The notes under the pieces are model-generated. The model had not been told where the DNA came from and searched no databases. It saw only the letters and a list, made by a program, of their open reading frames with translations. Below, one piece after another: positions 26,470 to 36,567 of a stretch of DNA of 64,000 nucleotides. Location: positions 24,898-88,897 of the forward strand of contig JAKPTZ010000115.1 of the NCBI GenBank assembly GCA_029555025.1. Reading direction: 5' to 3'. This stretch comes from Deltaproteobacteria bacterium. Its GTDB lineage: Bacteria; Myxococcota_A; UBA9042; DTJE01. The translations under genes and the position numbers were made by a program. Position 1 is the first letter of the stretch, and each line of letters starts with the position of its first letter.

Positions 26470-27792
26470 ATGGACGGTTCCGGCGGCGGCCAGGGAAAAG
26501 GCGGGGACAGGGGCATCGGCAGCAGGCGCGCAACCAGGCTCATCCATGGTCGTTCGCAGTCGAGCATGTGGGAATACAGTCATCATGCGATTCCACCGAT
26601 CACCGCATCCACGACCTTCAGGCTTTCTTCGGTTTCCCGCGGGCAGAAGGGTTTCCTTGCTTTCGGCAGCCCGGATCTGGGCCATGGCGAAAGTCCGACC
26701 TACATCTATGACAGGCTTGACGAACCGACCACATCGATGCTGGAAGAAGTGCTGGCCGACGGGGAAGGCGGGGATCGCGCCGTCGCGTTCGCCTGCGGCA
26801 TGTCGGCGATCTCCTCGACTCTGATGGCCTGTTGTTCCGTCGGACAGTCAATCGTGGCACACCCGGTCATGTATGGGTGTACTTACAGCCTGTTGACCAA
26901 ACAACTCCCCAGGTTCGGAATCACGACGGTTTTTGCCGACATGAGGGATCCTGAAGCGATCCGACTGGCGATTACGGCCGATACAAGGGTCGTGTATTTC
27001 GAGACCCCGGCCAATCCGACGCTTGAGTGCATCGACATCCAGAACGTCGCCACGGTGGTCGGCGCCATAAACGCCGCCCGTCCGGTGGAACAGAGGGTCA
27101 GGATTGTCGTTGACAACACCTTCCAGACGCTGTGGGGACAGCGTCCAATCGAGTCCGGCGCCGATATCGTGGTGGCAAGCCTTACCAAGAACGTCGGGGG
27201 CTTCGGCGTCGATATGGGTGGCGTTGCGGTCGTTCCCCGGGAACTTTGCGGGCCACTGAAGGGGATTCGCAAGGATTTTGGCGGAGTACTTCCACCGGCG
27301 TCCGCCTGGGATTTCCAGGTTTACGGGCTTTCGACCCTTCCCGTCCGCCTTGCCAGGCAGGTGCAGACGTCCCGGGCCGTGGCCGAATTCCTTGCGTCGC
27401 ACCCGGCTGTCAGCAGGGTTTCCTATCCCGGTCTTCCTGATTATGAATTCAGGGAAATCGCGGAAAAGCAGATGCGGACGCCCGAGGGCGAGTTCTGTCC
27501 CGGTCACATGATTTATTTCGAGCTGGCCGGCGATCCCGAAATCTCCGCGAATCGTCGGGAAAGGTTCATCAACTACCTTGCCGAGCACGCCTACTCGATT
27601 ATGCTGGCTGTCAGTCTCGGCATGACCAAGACCTTGATCGAGGCCCCCGGACTGATGACGCACTCGTCGTTTGATCCAGAAACACAGATGAAGCTTGGCA
27701 TTCATCCCGGCGGAATCAGGCTGGCAATCGGACTGGAAGACGCCCGCGACGTGATTTCGGATCTTTCAGAGGCCCTCGAGAATTCAATTTGA
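26470..27792 (+). CDS. Cys/Met-metabolism PLP-dependent enzyme (O-acetylhomoserine sulfhydrylase / cystathionine gamma-synthase/lyase family)
   Basis: N-terminal TRLIHGRS…HAIPPITASTTF. PLP-lysine motif VVASLTKNVGG. Length ~440 aa, typical of MetY. Confidence 0.8.
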   Translation: MDGSGGGQGKGGDRGIGSRRATRLIHGRSQSSMWEYSHHAIPPITASTTFRLSSVSRGQKGFLAFGSPDLGHGESPTYIYDRLDEPTTSMLEEVLADGEGGDRAVAFACGMSAISSTLMACCSVGQSIVAHPVMYGCTYSLLTKQLPRFGITTVFADMRDPEAIRLAITADTRVVYFETPANPTLECIDIQNVATVVGAINAARPVEQRVRIVVDNTFQTLWGQRPIESGADIVVASLTKNVGGFGVDMGGVAVVPRELCGPLKGIRKDFGGVLPPASAWDFQVYGLSTLPVRLARQVQTSRAVAEFLASHPAVSRVSYPGLPDYEFREIAEKQMRTPEGEFCPGHMIYFELAGDPEISANRRERFINYLAEHAYSIMLAVSLGMTKTLIEAPGLMTHSSFDPETQMKLGIHPGGIRLAIGLEDARDVISDLSEALENSI

Positions 27793-27910
27793 AGCATTGC
27801 CGTTCAGGCGTTGAACATACCGACGAATCCAGTGAAGATGCGGTCGGGGAACCGAAACGGCCTGGCGCCCGGCATGAAGGCACCCACAAACGCGGAAATT
27901 GTCGCTTAAG

Positions 27911-27983
27911 CGACCCCAACGGGAGTCGAACCCGTGTCGCGGGCGTGAAAGGCCCGTGTCCTAGACCACTAGACGATGGGGTC
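27911..27983 (-). tRNA. tRNA-Glu (anticodon TTC)
   Basis: Minus-strand sequence GACCCCATCGTCTAGTGGTCTAGGACACGGGCCTTTCACGCCCGCGACACGGGTTCGACTCCCGTTGGGGTCG. Cloverleaf with a 7-bp acceptor stem and anticodon loop CTTTCAC. Near-identical architecture to E. coli tRNA-Glu. Confidence 0.85.
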
Positions 27984-27995
27984 ACGGAAAAAAAG

Positions 27996-28068
27996 TGAGC
28001 CCAGCGAGATTTGAACTCGCGACCAACGGCTTAAAAGGCCGCTGCTCTACCGGCTGAGCTATGGGCCC
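27996..28068 (-). tRNA. tRNA-Lys (anticodon TTT)
   Basis: Minus-strand sequence GGGCCCATAGCTCAGCCGGTAGAGCAGCGGCCTTTTAAGCCGTTGGTCGCGAGTTCAAATCTCGCTGGGCTCA. Anticodon loop CTTTTAA. Resembles E. coli tRNA-Lys. Confidence 0.85.
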
Positions 28069-28138
28069 AGCAACGAAACGCGGGATATGGTATTTGCTGG
28101 GTCGAATTGTGTCAATGGAATTTTTCTGCAACAACGAA

Positions 28139-29533
28139 TTATTCTTCGTCGCCAAGTCCGTATTTTGCCAGTTTGTACCTGATCGACCTGAAGCTGATGC
28201 CCAGAAGGTCGGCAGCATTCTTGCGCACCCCGCCACATCGGGACAGCGCGTCGAGCAGCAGCCGCCTTTCAATGTCGGCCAGCAGCGCTTCCAGATCCAT
28301 TCCGTCCTCGGGAACCCTGAAGATGGAATCCTGCTGACTCCTGTCCGACCTGGATGATGTTCGGAGGCCTTCCGGAAGCGCGTCGGGGGTGATCCTGTCG
28401 TCAGAGGCGAACGTCATCGCATGCTCGACGATGTTTTCAAGTTCGCGCACGTTGCCCTTGAATTCGTGGGCGGAAAGGATGTCCATGACTTCCGGCGAGA
28501 CTCCCCTGATATCGTCCCGTCCAAGCTCCTTGCGGTACTTCTCGATGAAGTGCATGACAAGAACCGGGATATCCTCGCGTCGCTCCCGAAGGGGCGGAAG
28601 GTGGAGGCCGATGACGTTAAGCCGGTAGAACAGGTCTTCGCGGAAGGCGCCAGCCTGCACAAGTTGGGAAAGATCACGGTTGGTGGCAGCGACGACCCTG
28701 GTATCGACGGAGATTTCCTGCACCCCCCCGACCATTCGGATCTTGTGATCCTGCAGGAATCGAAGGAGCTTCACCTGCATGGCCAGGGACAATTCGCCGA
28801 TTTCGTCAAGGAATATGGTTCCGCCGTCGGCCGACTCGAACAGGCCGTGTCTGGTCGCGTGGGCACCGGTAAACGCGCCCTTGACGTGCCCGAAGAGCTC
28901 CGATTCCATCAACTGGTCGGGAATCGCGCCGCAGTTCACAACCACGAACGGCTTGTCCTTCCGGTTCGAGTTGAAGTGAACGGCGCGCGCGACCAGTTCC
29001 TTGCCGGTTCCGGATTCACCGGTAATCAGGACGCTGGTCTTGGTCGGCGCGACCTTGATGATCTTTTCGAATACCTTGTGCATCGTCTGGGACTTGCCGA
29101 CGATGTGGGCGAAGCTGTACTTGTCAGACAGCGCGATCCGCAGCCGGATGTTTTCCAGCGACAGATTGCGTCGCTCCAGGGCTTTCTGCAGGGTGATGCT
29201 GATTTCTTCGAGCTTGAACGGCTTGCCGATGTAGTCGAAGGCGCCCCTGCGCATGGCGTCGATTGCGGTTTCGACTGTCGAGAAGGCCGTCATCATGATG
29301 ACTTCGGTCTGGGGCGAATGTTCCTTCACGAACGTAAGAATTTCGAGTCCGGTCACCGCACCAAGGCGCAGATCGGTCAGAACCAGGTCGAATTCATCCT
29401 CGGATGCGACCAGTTTCAGGGCCTTGTCGCCTTCCCCGCAGACCGTCACGTCGTGACCGCTCTTGTTCAGGAACATCCGCAGGACTTCGCGCAGCGACTG
29501 GTCGTCCTCGACTACCAGAATGCGGGCCATCAT
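28139..29533 (-). CDS. Sigma-54-dependent Fis-family response regulator (NtrC-type enhancer-binding protein)
   Basis: REC domain (ILVVEDDQSLREV…DLVLTDLRLG). Sigma-54 AAA+ domain (VLITGESGTGKELVARAVH, GAFTGA GAFTGA-motif, …FLDEIGEL…, FREDLFYRLNV). C-terminal Fis-type HTH. Confidence 0.9.
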   Translation of the reverse strand: MMARILVVEDDQSLREVLRMFLNKSGHDVTVCGEGDKALKLVASEDEFDLVLTDLRLGAVTGLEILTFVKEHSPQTEVIMMTAFSTVETAIDAMRRGAFDYIGKPFKLEEISITLQKALERRNLSLENIRLRIALSDKYSFAHIVGKSQTMHKVFEKIIKVAPTKTSVLITGESGTGKELVARAVHFNSNRKDKPFVVVNCGAIPDQLMESELFGHVKGAFTGAHATRHGLFESADGGTIFLDEIGELSLAMQVKLLRFLQDHKIRMVGGVQEISVDTRVVAATNRDLSQLVQAGAFREDLFYRLNVIGLHLPPLRERREDIPVLVMHFIEKYRKELGRDDIRGVSPEVMDILSAHEFKGNVRELENIVEHAMTFASDDRITPDALPEGLRTSSRSDRSQQDSIFRVPEDGMDLEALLADIERRLLLDALSRCGGVRKNAADLLGISFRSIRYKLAKYGLGDEE

Positions 29534-29572
29534 TCCTCCAGGGGCGTGTCATGCGACGGTTTGTGTGGTTTG

Positions 29573-29644
<72 letters not shown>

Positions 29645-29917
29645 CGCAGTCACCAAAGCGAGGGATAAATTACATTCCGCGCATGCCTGCTGTCAAGAGA
29701 TTTTTGCGTGGCGAACGACTACTGGCGTGGAGTTATTGAAGGACGCGGTGCGTGCTTCCGGATACGCCCCCGCTTGCGGCGCCGCCAACCAGGTAGATGT
29801 ATCCGAAGGCACGGGTCAGTCCGTAATAGCCCGGCCTTCATTCCGGCCTCAAGATGTCCGTTGACACCATGCGTTACATGGAAGAATCTTTACACAGTCT
29901 TAATCAGGGGTGTCCCC

Positions 29918-31516
29918 ATGGCCTGCAAAGAGATTGACAGGGAACGTCAGGTGCTGGTGTCCATGAATCCGGCTACTTTCGAGACTCTTGGAGAGGTTCA
30001 TCTTTGTTCGGCCGACGAGGTCAGGGGCGCCGTCGATTCCGCGCAGGCGGCGTTTCCCGGGTGGGCGGCCCTTACGGTCCGTGAAAGGGCCGGGTACCTG
30101 CTGAAGGCACGCGATTACATGCTCGAGCATGCCGACGAGATAGCGATGCTGATTTCCCGCGAAAATGGCAAGCCGCTTTCCGAGGCCCTGAATGCCGAGG
30201 TGCTTGTCGCTTCGGAACTGATCACCCGCTATGCGGCCAGGGCCCCCGAACTTCTGCGGGATCGTCCTATTGAACTCGGCAATCCAATGATGAATTTTCT
30301 GAAGGAATCCAGGCTGGTCTATCGTCCGCTTGGCGTCATTTCGGTGGTTTCGCCGTGGAACTATCCGTTCTCCATTCCGATTGGCGGCCTTGTCTTTTCG
30401 CTTATCACAGGTAACACGGTGGTCTTCAAACCGGCCTCTGACGTCGCCATGGTCGGAATGAAGATTGACGAAATCCTCAATGTCGGCGGTCAGTTGCCAA
30501 AGGGTGTCCTTAACACGGTCATCGCATCAGGGCGCACCATCGGCGAAACCCTGTTTTCGCCGCCAGTCCGCAGGATAGTCTTCACGGGAAGTACGGAAGT
30601 CGGCCGGACAATCCAGGGAATCGCCGCGAAGAACTTCATTCCGACCTCGATGGAACTTGGCGGCAAGGATCCGATGGTGGTGCTTGAAGACGCCGACCTC
30701 GACCTTGCGACGTCTGGGGCGGTCTGGGGCGCCTTCACCAACTGCGGCCAGGTATGCGCCTCGGTCGAGCGTGTGTATGTCGCGAAAAAGATTTACGACA
30801 GGTTCGTCGAAATGGTCGTGCGGAAGACGCGGGCCCTTCGGGTCGGTGTCGGCCAGTCGTACGACATTGATATCGGCGCGATGGCGAACGAGGAACAGTA
30901 CAACCAGGTCCTGGACCACATCAGGGAAGCCGTCGAGATGGGGGCGAAGATTGAATGCGGCGGAAAGAGGCCGGAAGGCGCCGGGCCGGGCTATTTCATC
31001 GAGCCGACGGTGCTGACGAACGTCACGCACGACATGAAGGCCGTGCGGGATGAGACCTTCGGCCCGCTGATGCCGATCATCCCGTTCGATACCGTCGATG
31101 AAGCGGTTCGGATGGCGAATGATTCCGTCTATGGGCTCTGCGCGTCGGTCTGGACGAAGGATCGCCGTCTGGGGCGCGAGGTGGCGAAGCGCATCGAATC
31201 CGGAACGGTGGCGGTCAATGACGCCGTCTTCACTTTTGCCCTGGTCGAGACCCCGTGGCAGGGAATGAAGGAGTCCGGCGTCGGCCGTTCGCATTCCGAC
31301 GAGGGGCTGCTCGAGTTCGTATTTCCGCAGCACATCAACGAGGACAGGTCTCCCGGATTCATGCGCCGCAGGATGTGGTGGTTCCCGTACTCAGAGCATT
31401 CCTACAACCTTCTGAAGTCGGCCATGCACGCTTTCGCCAACATGGCGAAATTCCCGTCCCTGGGATGGCAGGTCATGACAAAGAAGTCCTACCGCAACAT
31501 GTTCCTGAAGGACTAG
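29918..31516 (+). CDS. NAD(P)-dependent aldehyde dehydrogenase
   Basis: ALDH motifs VSPWNYPF, ELGGKDP and EETFGP-like ETFGP, and catalytic Cys in FTNCGQVCASVERVYV. ATG at 29918 with an AGGGG RBS. The upstream part of ORF 29708.. is in-frame read-through. Confidence 0.85.
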   Translation: MACKEIDRERQVLVSMNPATFETLGEVHLCSADEVRGAVDSAQAAFPGWAALTVRERAGYLLKARDYMLEHADEIAMLISRENGKPLSEALNAEVLVASELITRYAARAPELLRDRPIELGNPMMNFLKESRLVYRPLGVISVVSPWNYPFSIPIGGLVFSLITGNTVVFKPASDVAMVGMKIDEILNVGGQLPKGVLNTVIASGRTIGETLFSPPVRRIVFTGSTEVGRTIQGIAAKNFIPTSMELGGKDPMVVLEDADLDLATSGAVWGAFTNCGQVCASVERVYVAKKIYDRFVEMVVRKTRALRVGVGQSYDIDIGAMANEEQYNQVLDHIREAVEMGAKIECGGKRPEGAGPGYFIEPTVLTNVTHDMKAVRDETFGPLMPIIPFDTVDEAVRMANDSVYGLCASVWTKDRRLGREVAKRIESGTVAVNDAVFTFALVETPWQGMKESGVGRSHSDEGLLEFVFPQHINEDRSPGFMRRRMWWFPYSEHSYNLLKSAMHAFANMAKFPSLGWQVMTKKSYRNMFLKD

Positions 31517-31549
31517 TCCGGATTTTCGGTAATATCCGGTGGTCGTCTG

Positions 31550-33742
31550 ATGAATGAACGCGCAATGAACGAACTTCAAGAGATCCGATCGTTGACGTCG
31601 GGATACATGCCGGGCGCCGATCTGCAAAGGGTCGAGGATGTCCTTGAACTGGCGCGGGTCGAATCCGGCGGCGATCCGTCGGTGCTTGCTGCCGCGATGC
31701 GGATTGTTCGACCGGTGTGCCGTTTGAAGCTGGACGTGCCGTCGATATGCGCCGCCATCGCGCTGGCAATGCCGCCCGGGCCGGACGGCGGTCCATCCAC
31801 GCGTGGCCTGGACGAGGATTCGGCGCGCCTGGCCGAGGGCGTCATCGGTCTTGGTCGTTTCCAACTCCTTTCCAGCAAGTCCGGGCAGGCGGAGGCATTC
31901 AAGAGGATGCTGGTCGCGCTTGCCGGCGACATCCGCGTGTTGCTGGTCAAGATGGCCATGCGCCTGGCGGAGCTTCACCAGACCTCGGACGATCCAGGGG
32001 CCGAGCAGATCCGGGTCGCCGAGGAAGCGATGATGATTTACGGCCCGCTGGCGGAAAGGATGGGTATTTCCTGGCTGCGGACCGAGATCGAGGACGAGGC
32101 GTTCCGCGTCATGAGGCCGACCGAATACGCTTCCCTGAAGCTGGCGGCGGATCGGCGTCTGGCCGAGCGGCAGGAATTCATCGCGGGCGTCGTCGGGCGG
32201 CTTCAGGCGATGATCGTTCAGGGCGGGCTGGCGGGGTTCGAGGTTTTTGGACGCCAGAAGAACCTTTACGGCATCTGGAAGAAGATGCAGATCCAGGGCA
32301 TCGAGCTTGAACAGGTCTATGATTTCGTGGCCTTCCGCGTGATCGTGCAGAAGCCGGGCGACTGCTGGCAGGTGCTTGGGCTGGTTCACGATACATGGAC
32401 GCCCATTCCGGCGCGCTTCAAGGATTTCATCAACGTTCCAAAGCCGAACGGCTACCGGTCGCTTCATACGTCGGTATTCGGCCCGCTTGGCGAGCCGATG
32501 GAAATCCAGATCCGTACATGGGAAATGCATCGCGAGGCAGAGTCGGGAATCGCCGCGCATTGGTCGTACAAGGAGTCGGGCCGAATCGAGGTTCGGGATT
32601 CCGAGCGCCTGGGCTGGATGAAGCAGGTTGTTGAATGGGCCCGCGAGATTCAGTCGGGCCGTGAGACCGAGCAGGGGCCGCTGATCGAGGAAGCGCGGGA
32701 AGGACTGCTGGTCGATCAGGTGTTCGTGTTCACCCCGCAGGGCGACCTCAGGGTTCTTCGGCAGGGGGCCACCTGCCTGGATTTCGCGTACGACGTTCAT
32801 ACCGAGGTCGGTCATTCGTGCACCGGCGTGCGGGTTAACGGCCGGCTGGTGCCGTTGTCAACCGAACTGGTTTCAGGAGACGTGGTCGAGGTGATGACGT
32901 CCAGGACGGCCAGGCCCCGCAGGGACTGGCTGAATTTCGTGGTTTCGTCCAAGGCCAGGGCGAAGATACGAAGCTGGTTCCTGGAACAGGACAGGCGCGA
33001 GGCGCTCGAGGTCGGCCGCCAGCTCCTGGAAAAGGAGTTCCGTCGGGCCGGCGCCCATGTAGTCAAGTATTTCAAGGAACTGCTTCTTGACGAAGAAAAG
33101 GGCCGGAAGGTTGCCGAGTCTTTCCGCATCGGAAGCCGTGACGAACTCATCAGGGCGGTCGGTCACGGTCGCGTGTCGGCGGCCGATGTCGTAAAGGCGG
33201 TTGTTCCAGTCGCCGCCCCGGGGGTTCCCGAACCGGAAAGGCCCGAAATCCTTCCGAAGAAGCTGCGCAGTCCGACTGGGATTGAGGTTGACGGGATTGA
33301 CGGCATGATGGTGCACATTGCGCGTTGCTGCAACCCGATCCCGGGCGACGGAATTGTCGGATACGTCACCAGGGGAAGGGGGGTGACAATTCACACGGTT
33401 TCCTGCCGGTCGGTTCTGGACGGTGATCCGGAGAGGGTGCTTCCGGCAACCTGGAACAGTGGCTCTGGCGGTACCTTCAACGTGCCGGTAAGGATTACGG
33501 TGCGCGATGTCCCGGGCATTCTGGCCGGCGTCACCACCGAGATCGGCAGGCAGGGCGCGAACATCGCCGGGGTCTCGACGAAGCGGGACGACAGTGGATT
33601 GCAGCAGGTTGACGTGGTTCTGCAGGTTGCCGATCAGTCCATGCTGGACGGAATCGTCCGTTCGGTTCGACGGCTGCGCGGGGTCGTCGAGGTCATGCGG
33701 GTTCGCGGGCCCGGTGTCTCGGCGGTCGCCGAACGGCGCTGA
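31550..33742 (+). CDS. relA: RelA/SpoT-family (p)ppGpp synthetase, probably hydrolase-inactive (RelA-type)
   Basis: Synthetase core …YRSLHTSVFGPLGEPMEIQIRTWEMHREAESGIAAHWSYKE. TGS domain (FVFTPQGDLRVLRQGATCLDFAYDVHTEVG). C-terminal ACT (VRITVRDVPGILAGVTTEIG). No recognisable HD His-Asp pair in the N-terminal region. Confidence 0.85.
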   Translation: MNERAMNELQEIRSLTSGYMPGADLQRVEDVLELARVESGGDPSVLAAAMRIVRPVCRLKLDVPSICAAIALAMPPGPDGGPSTRGLDEDSARLAEGVIGLGRFQLLSSKSGQAEAFKRMLVALAGDIRVLLVKMAMRLAELHQTSDDPGAEQIRVAEEAMMIYGPLAERMGISWLRTEIEDEAFRVMRPTEYASLKLAADRRLAERQEFIAGVVGRLQAMIVQGGLAGFEVFGRQKNLYGIWKKMQIQGIELEQVYDFVAFRVIVQKPGDCWQVLGLVHDTWTPIPARFKDFINVPKPNGYRSLHTSVFGPLGEPMEIQIRTWEMHREAESGIAAHWSYKESGRIEVRDSERLGWMKQVVEWAREIQSGRETEQGPLIEEAREGLLVDQVFVFTPQGDLRVLRQGATCLDFAYDVHTEVGHSCTGVRVNGRLVPLSTELVSGDVVEVMTSRTARPRRDWLNFVVSSKARAKIRSWFLEQDRREALEVGRQLLEKEFRRAGAHVVKYFKELLLDEEKGRKVAESFRIGSRDELIRAVGHGRVSAADVVKAVVPVAAPGVPEPERPEILPKKLRSPTGIEVDGIDGMMVHIARCCNPIPGDGIVGYVTRGRGVTIHTVSCRSVLDGDPERVLPATWNSGSGGTFNVPVRITVRDVPGILAGVTTEIGRQGANIAGVSTKRDDSGLQQVDVVLQVADQSMLDGIVRSVRRLRGVVEVMRVRGPGVSAVAERR

Positions 33743-33834
33743 CTCCCGCATTCCTCGATTATCAGCAAGCTTTTGGGATTTATAGAAGTGGTCCGTTTGT
33801 GTACAATACACCGGACCGGATTTCGGGGTCATAA

Positions 33835-36567
33835 ATGAAGCGTTTTCAATATGTCATCTGTCTGACCTTTGCGGTGTCTGGATTTGCCGGCTGCGGTGGC
33901 GGCAATCAGATTGGCGACGTGGTCGGGGATGTTCCGGACGAGGATAGGATTGTCGAGTTGGACGTCACGCATGACGAAGGTCAGCCTGACGAAGGCAGGG
34001 ACATCGGAAGGGACGAAGGCGAGCCTGGCGATTCCGTGGATGACCGCTTCGTGGATGATTCCGACGTAAACGGCGATATCGACGACATCGACGGCGGTGA
34101 CGAGTCCGGGGGCGATACCCCTGAAACGGACGGGTGCCCCGGCGAGACGTGCGAGCCGTGCCCGGACGACGGCCTGTTCTGCACCGAGGAGTATCGCGAT
34201 TCGCTGGGCGAATGCCAGATTCGCGTGAAGCCCGAATTCTGCATGATTGGCGGCGAATGCCTTTTCGAGAACCAGCCTTCCCCCGATGACATGTGCCTGG
34301 CTTGCAGGCCGGCCGTCAGCGGTTCCGAGTATTCCCCCGCGGAAGGGATGCCGTGCGACGACGCGGATCCGTGCACTGCCGGCGACACCTGCGATGCGGA
34401 CGGCATTTGCCAGCCGGGCGCCGGTTTCGGATGCGATGACGACAACGAGTGCACCATCGACCGTTGCGACCCCAATTTCGGATGCACGAACACCCCGCGG
34501 GCTTCCACGTGCGACGACCACGATTCGTGCACGTACCAGGATCAGTGCAATGTCCAGACCGGCGTCTGCAAGGGTTTCCCGGTCAACTGCAACGATGGTA
34601 ACGAATGCACCCGTGACTATTGCGATTCGTTCGACGGTTGTCAGCACGAGCCCATTTCGAAGGCTTGCAACGACTTCGACGGGTGCACCTTGAATGATAT
34701 GTGCAATGAAGACGGCGTCTGCCAGGGCACTCCGATGGACTGTTCGGACGGTATTGAATGCACCGTCGATTCCTGCATGTCCGGCGTCTGCCTGAACGAC
34801 TGGCATTACGGCCCGTGCAACGACGGCGACATGTGCACGGATAACGACTTCTGCAATGGTTATCACGAGTGTGCCGGCATCCCGAAGACATCATGCGACG
34901 ATTACAACGTCTGCACCACGGACTACTGCGACCCGGCGGTCGGATGCGTGAACGAATTCAATACGGTCGAGTGCGAGCCCGATTCGGCATGCGAGATAAA
35001 CGGCGTGTGCGCCGGCGGCGTGTGCGTCGGCCAGCCAAGGAACTGTGACAAGGGCAATCCGTGCATGATCTATTCGTGCAATCCGGACACGGGCTGCAAG
35101 GAAATTCCGACAACCGGCGTGTGTGACGACCACAACGCATGCACCATCAACGAAAATTGTTCGACCGGAGCATGCATTCCGCCTGAAGGGCCGGCCGGCG
35201 TCACGAACTGCGACGACTTGAACGACTGCACCGTTGACAACTGCGTTCCGGCCGTCGGTTGCGTGCATACCCCGCAGGAAGGCGAATGCCAGGATCCGAA
35301 TCCGTGCAGCCTGACCGGAACCGGTTTCTGCAGGAACGGCGAGTGCATTTCGAACGTCAGGGACTGCGATGACAACCAGCCGTGCACGCTCGACACGTGC
35401 GACGGCGCGGGCAACTGCATCCATCCGCCGATTTCGGGATTCTGCGATGACGGCAATCATTGCACGTTCGACGAGGTCTGCATCGGCGGCGACTGCATCG
35501 AGGGAAAGAAGGTAGATTGCAACGACTCAAACGTATGCACGCTGGACGAATGCAACCCGGATTACGGATGTGTCTATACGCCGACCGGCGGTTCGTGTTC
35601 CGACGGTGACGTCTGCACCATCAACGACGGGTGCGCAAACGGCACCTGCGTCGGGACGGTCAGGGCATGCGAGGACTACAACGTCTGCACCGACAACGGC
35701 TGCAACAAGACTTCGGGATGCTTCTTCACGCCGAATTCGGTGGAATGCGACGACTTCAACATCTGCACATTCGACGACATCTGCGGCGCCGGTGAATGTC
35801 ACGGCGTGTCGGTGTTCGAGGATCCGGCGACCAAGGCCGCGACTTTGACTTATGGCGTCAACGGCAATCTCGGCCAGGGCGTCGATGTTGATGACGACCC
35901 GTCCACATGCGCGCCGAAGGGCAGTTGCGTCCAGGGTATCGACAACGCGTTTTCCAGGCTGCACTGGCTGTTCAACACCGAGATGTTGAACGCGTCGTCG
36001 GACGGCTCGTGGTCGCTGCTGCTGGAACACGACGGGTTGAAGGTGAACGGCACTGCGTATAACCTGAACCTTTACTGGGGCGCCAGGATTGACCCGGTGA
36101 CCTGTGACCCGACGACTTCCGGATGCAACTACGGCGTCTATACGTCGTCGTTGTCGCCAACCTGCGGGCCGCTTGACGTGTTCGACAACGCGGTGATCAA
36201 CGGCACGAAGCTGAAGGCGGGGGGTGCCACTTACGAAGTCCCGGTCAGCATCGTCTTCGGCGACACCAGGCGCGAACTGGTGCTTTACCGGGCCAAGGTC
36301 ACTGCCAACGTGTCGCTTGCGGGCGGCAAGGTCGTTGGCGGGGCCGGCGCGCTTGGCGGGGCATTCGTTGTCCAGCAGTTGGTCGAAGCGCTTGAATCGA
36401 TGCCGGAAAGCGCGTTCCTGCCGCGTTACAACAAGGAAATCATTCTTGCGTATATCGACATATACCTGAAGCCGGACATCGATCTTGACGGTGACGGAAC
36501 CGATGAGTCGGTTTCCGTCGGAATGCCGTTTTCGATTGTGACAGGTCACCTCATTGGCCCGATTTAA
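33835..36567 (+). CDS. Large lipoprotein composed of ~20 Myxococcus-type cysteine-rich repeats (C-x-D-x-N-x-C-T-x-D-x-C)
   Basis: Lipobox FAVSGFAGCGG. Repeats such as CNDGNECTRDYCDSFDGCQHEP, CDDYNVCTTDYCDPAVGCVNEF and CDDHNACTINENCSTGAC reiterate through ~600 aa. Acidic D/E-rich linker after the signal. Confidence 0.8.
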   Translation: MKRFQYVICLTFAVSGFAGCGGGNQIGDVVGDVPDEDRIVELDVTHDEGQPDEGRDIGRDEGEPGDSVDDRFVDDSDVNGDIDDIDGGDESGGDTPETDGCPGETCEPCPDDGLFCTEEYRDSLGECQIRVKPEFCMIGGECLFENQPSPDDMCLACRPAVSGSEYSPAEGMPCDDADPCTAGDTCDADGICQPGAGFGCDDDNECTIDRCDPNFGCTNTPRASTCDDHDSCTYQDQCNVQTGVCKGFPVNCNDGNECTRDYCDSFDGCQHEPISKACNDFDGCTLNDMCNEDGVCQGTPMDCSDGIECTVDSCMSGVCLNDWHYGPCNDGDMCTDNDFCNGYHECAGIPKTSCDDYNVCTTDYCDPAVGCVNEFNTVECEPDSACEINGVCAGGVCVGQPRNCDKGNPCMIYSCNPDTGCKEIPTTGVCDDHNACTINENCSTGACIPPEGPAGVTNCDDLNDCTVDNCVPAVGCVHTPQEGECQDPNPCSLTGTGFCRNGECISNVRDCDDNQPCTLDTCDGAGNCIHPPISGFCDDGNHCTFDEVCIGGDCIEGKKVDCNDSNVCTLDECNPDYGCVYTPTGGSCSDGDVCTINDGCANGTCVGTVRACEDYNVCTDNGCNKTSGCFFTPNSVECDDFNICTFDDICGAGECHGVSVFEDPATKAATLTYGVNGNLGQGVDVDDDPSTCAPKGSCVQGIDNAFSRLHWLFNTEMLNASSDGSWSLLLEHDGLKVNGTAYNLNLYWGARIDPVTCDPTTSGCNYGVYTSSLSPTCGPLDVFDNAVINGTKLKAGGATYEVPVSIVFGDTRRELVLYRAKVTANVSLAGGKVVGGAGALGGAFVVQQLVEALESMPESAFLPRYNKEIILAYIDIYLKPDIDLDGDGTDESVSVGMPFSIVTGHLIGPI

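Noticed and set aside
29645-29917. Sigma-54 promoter (TGGCAC-N5-TTGCW) upstream of the aldehyde dehydrogenase next to the NtrC-type regulator
   Set aside because: The only GGCAC-like element (…aaggcacgggtcagtccg…) lacks the -12 TTGC element at the right spacing.
30527-32815. Long minus-strand ORFs (268 aa, 474 aa) antisense to the aldehyde dehydrogenase and relA genes
   Set aside because: Both overlap strongly supported plus-strand genes and translate to Arg/His/Pro-rich sequence. GC-skewed shadow frames.
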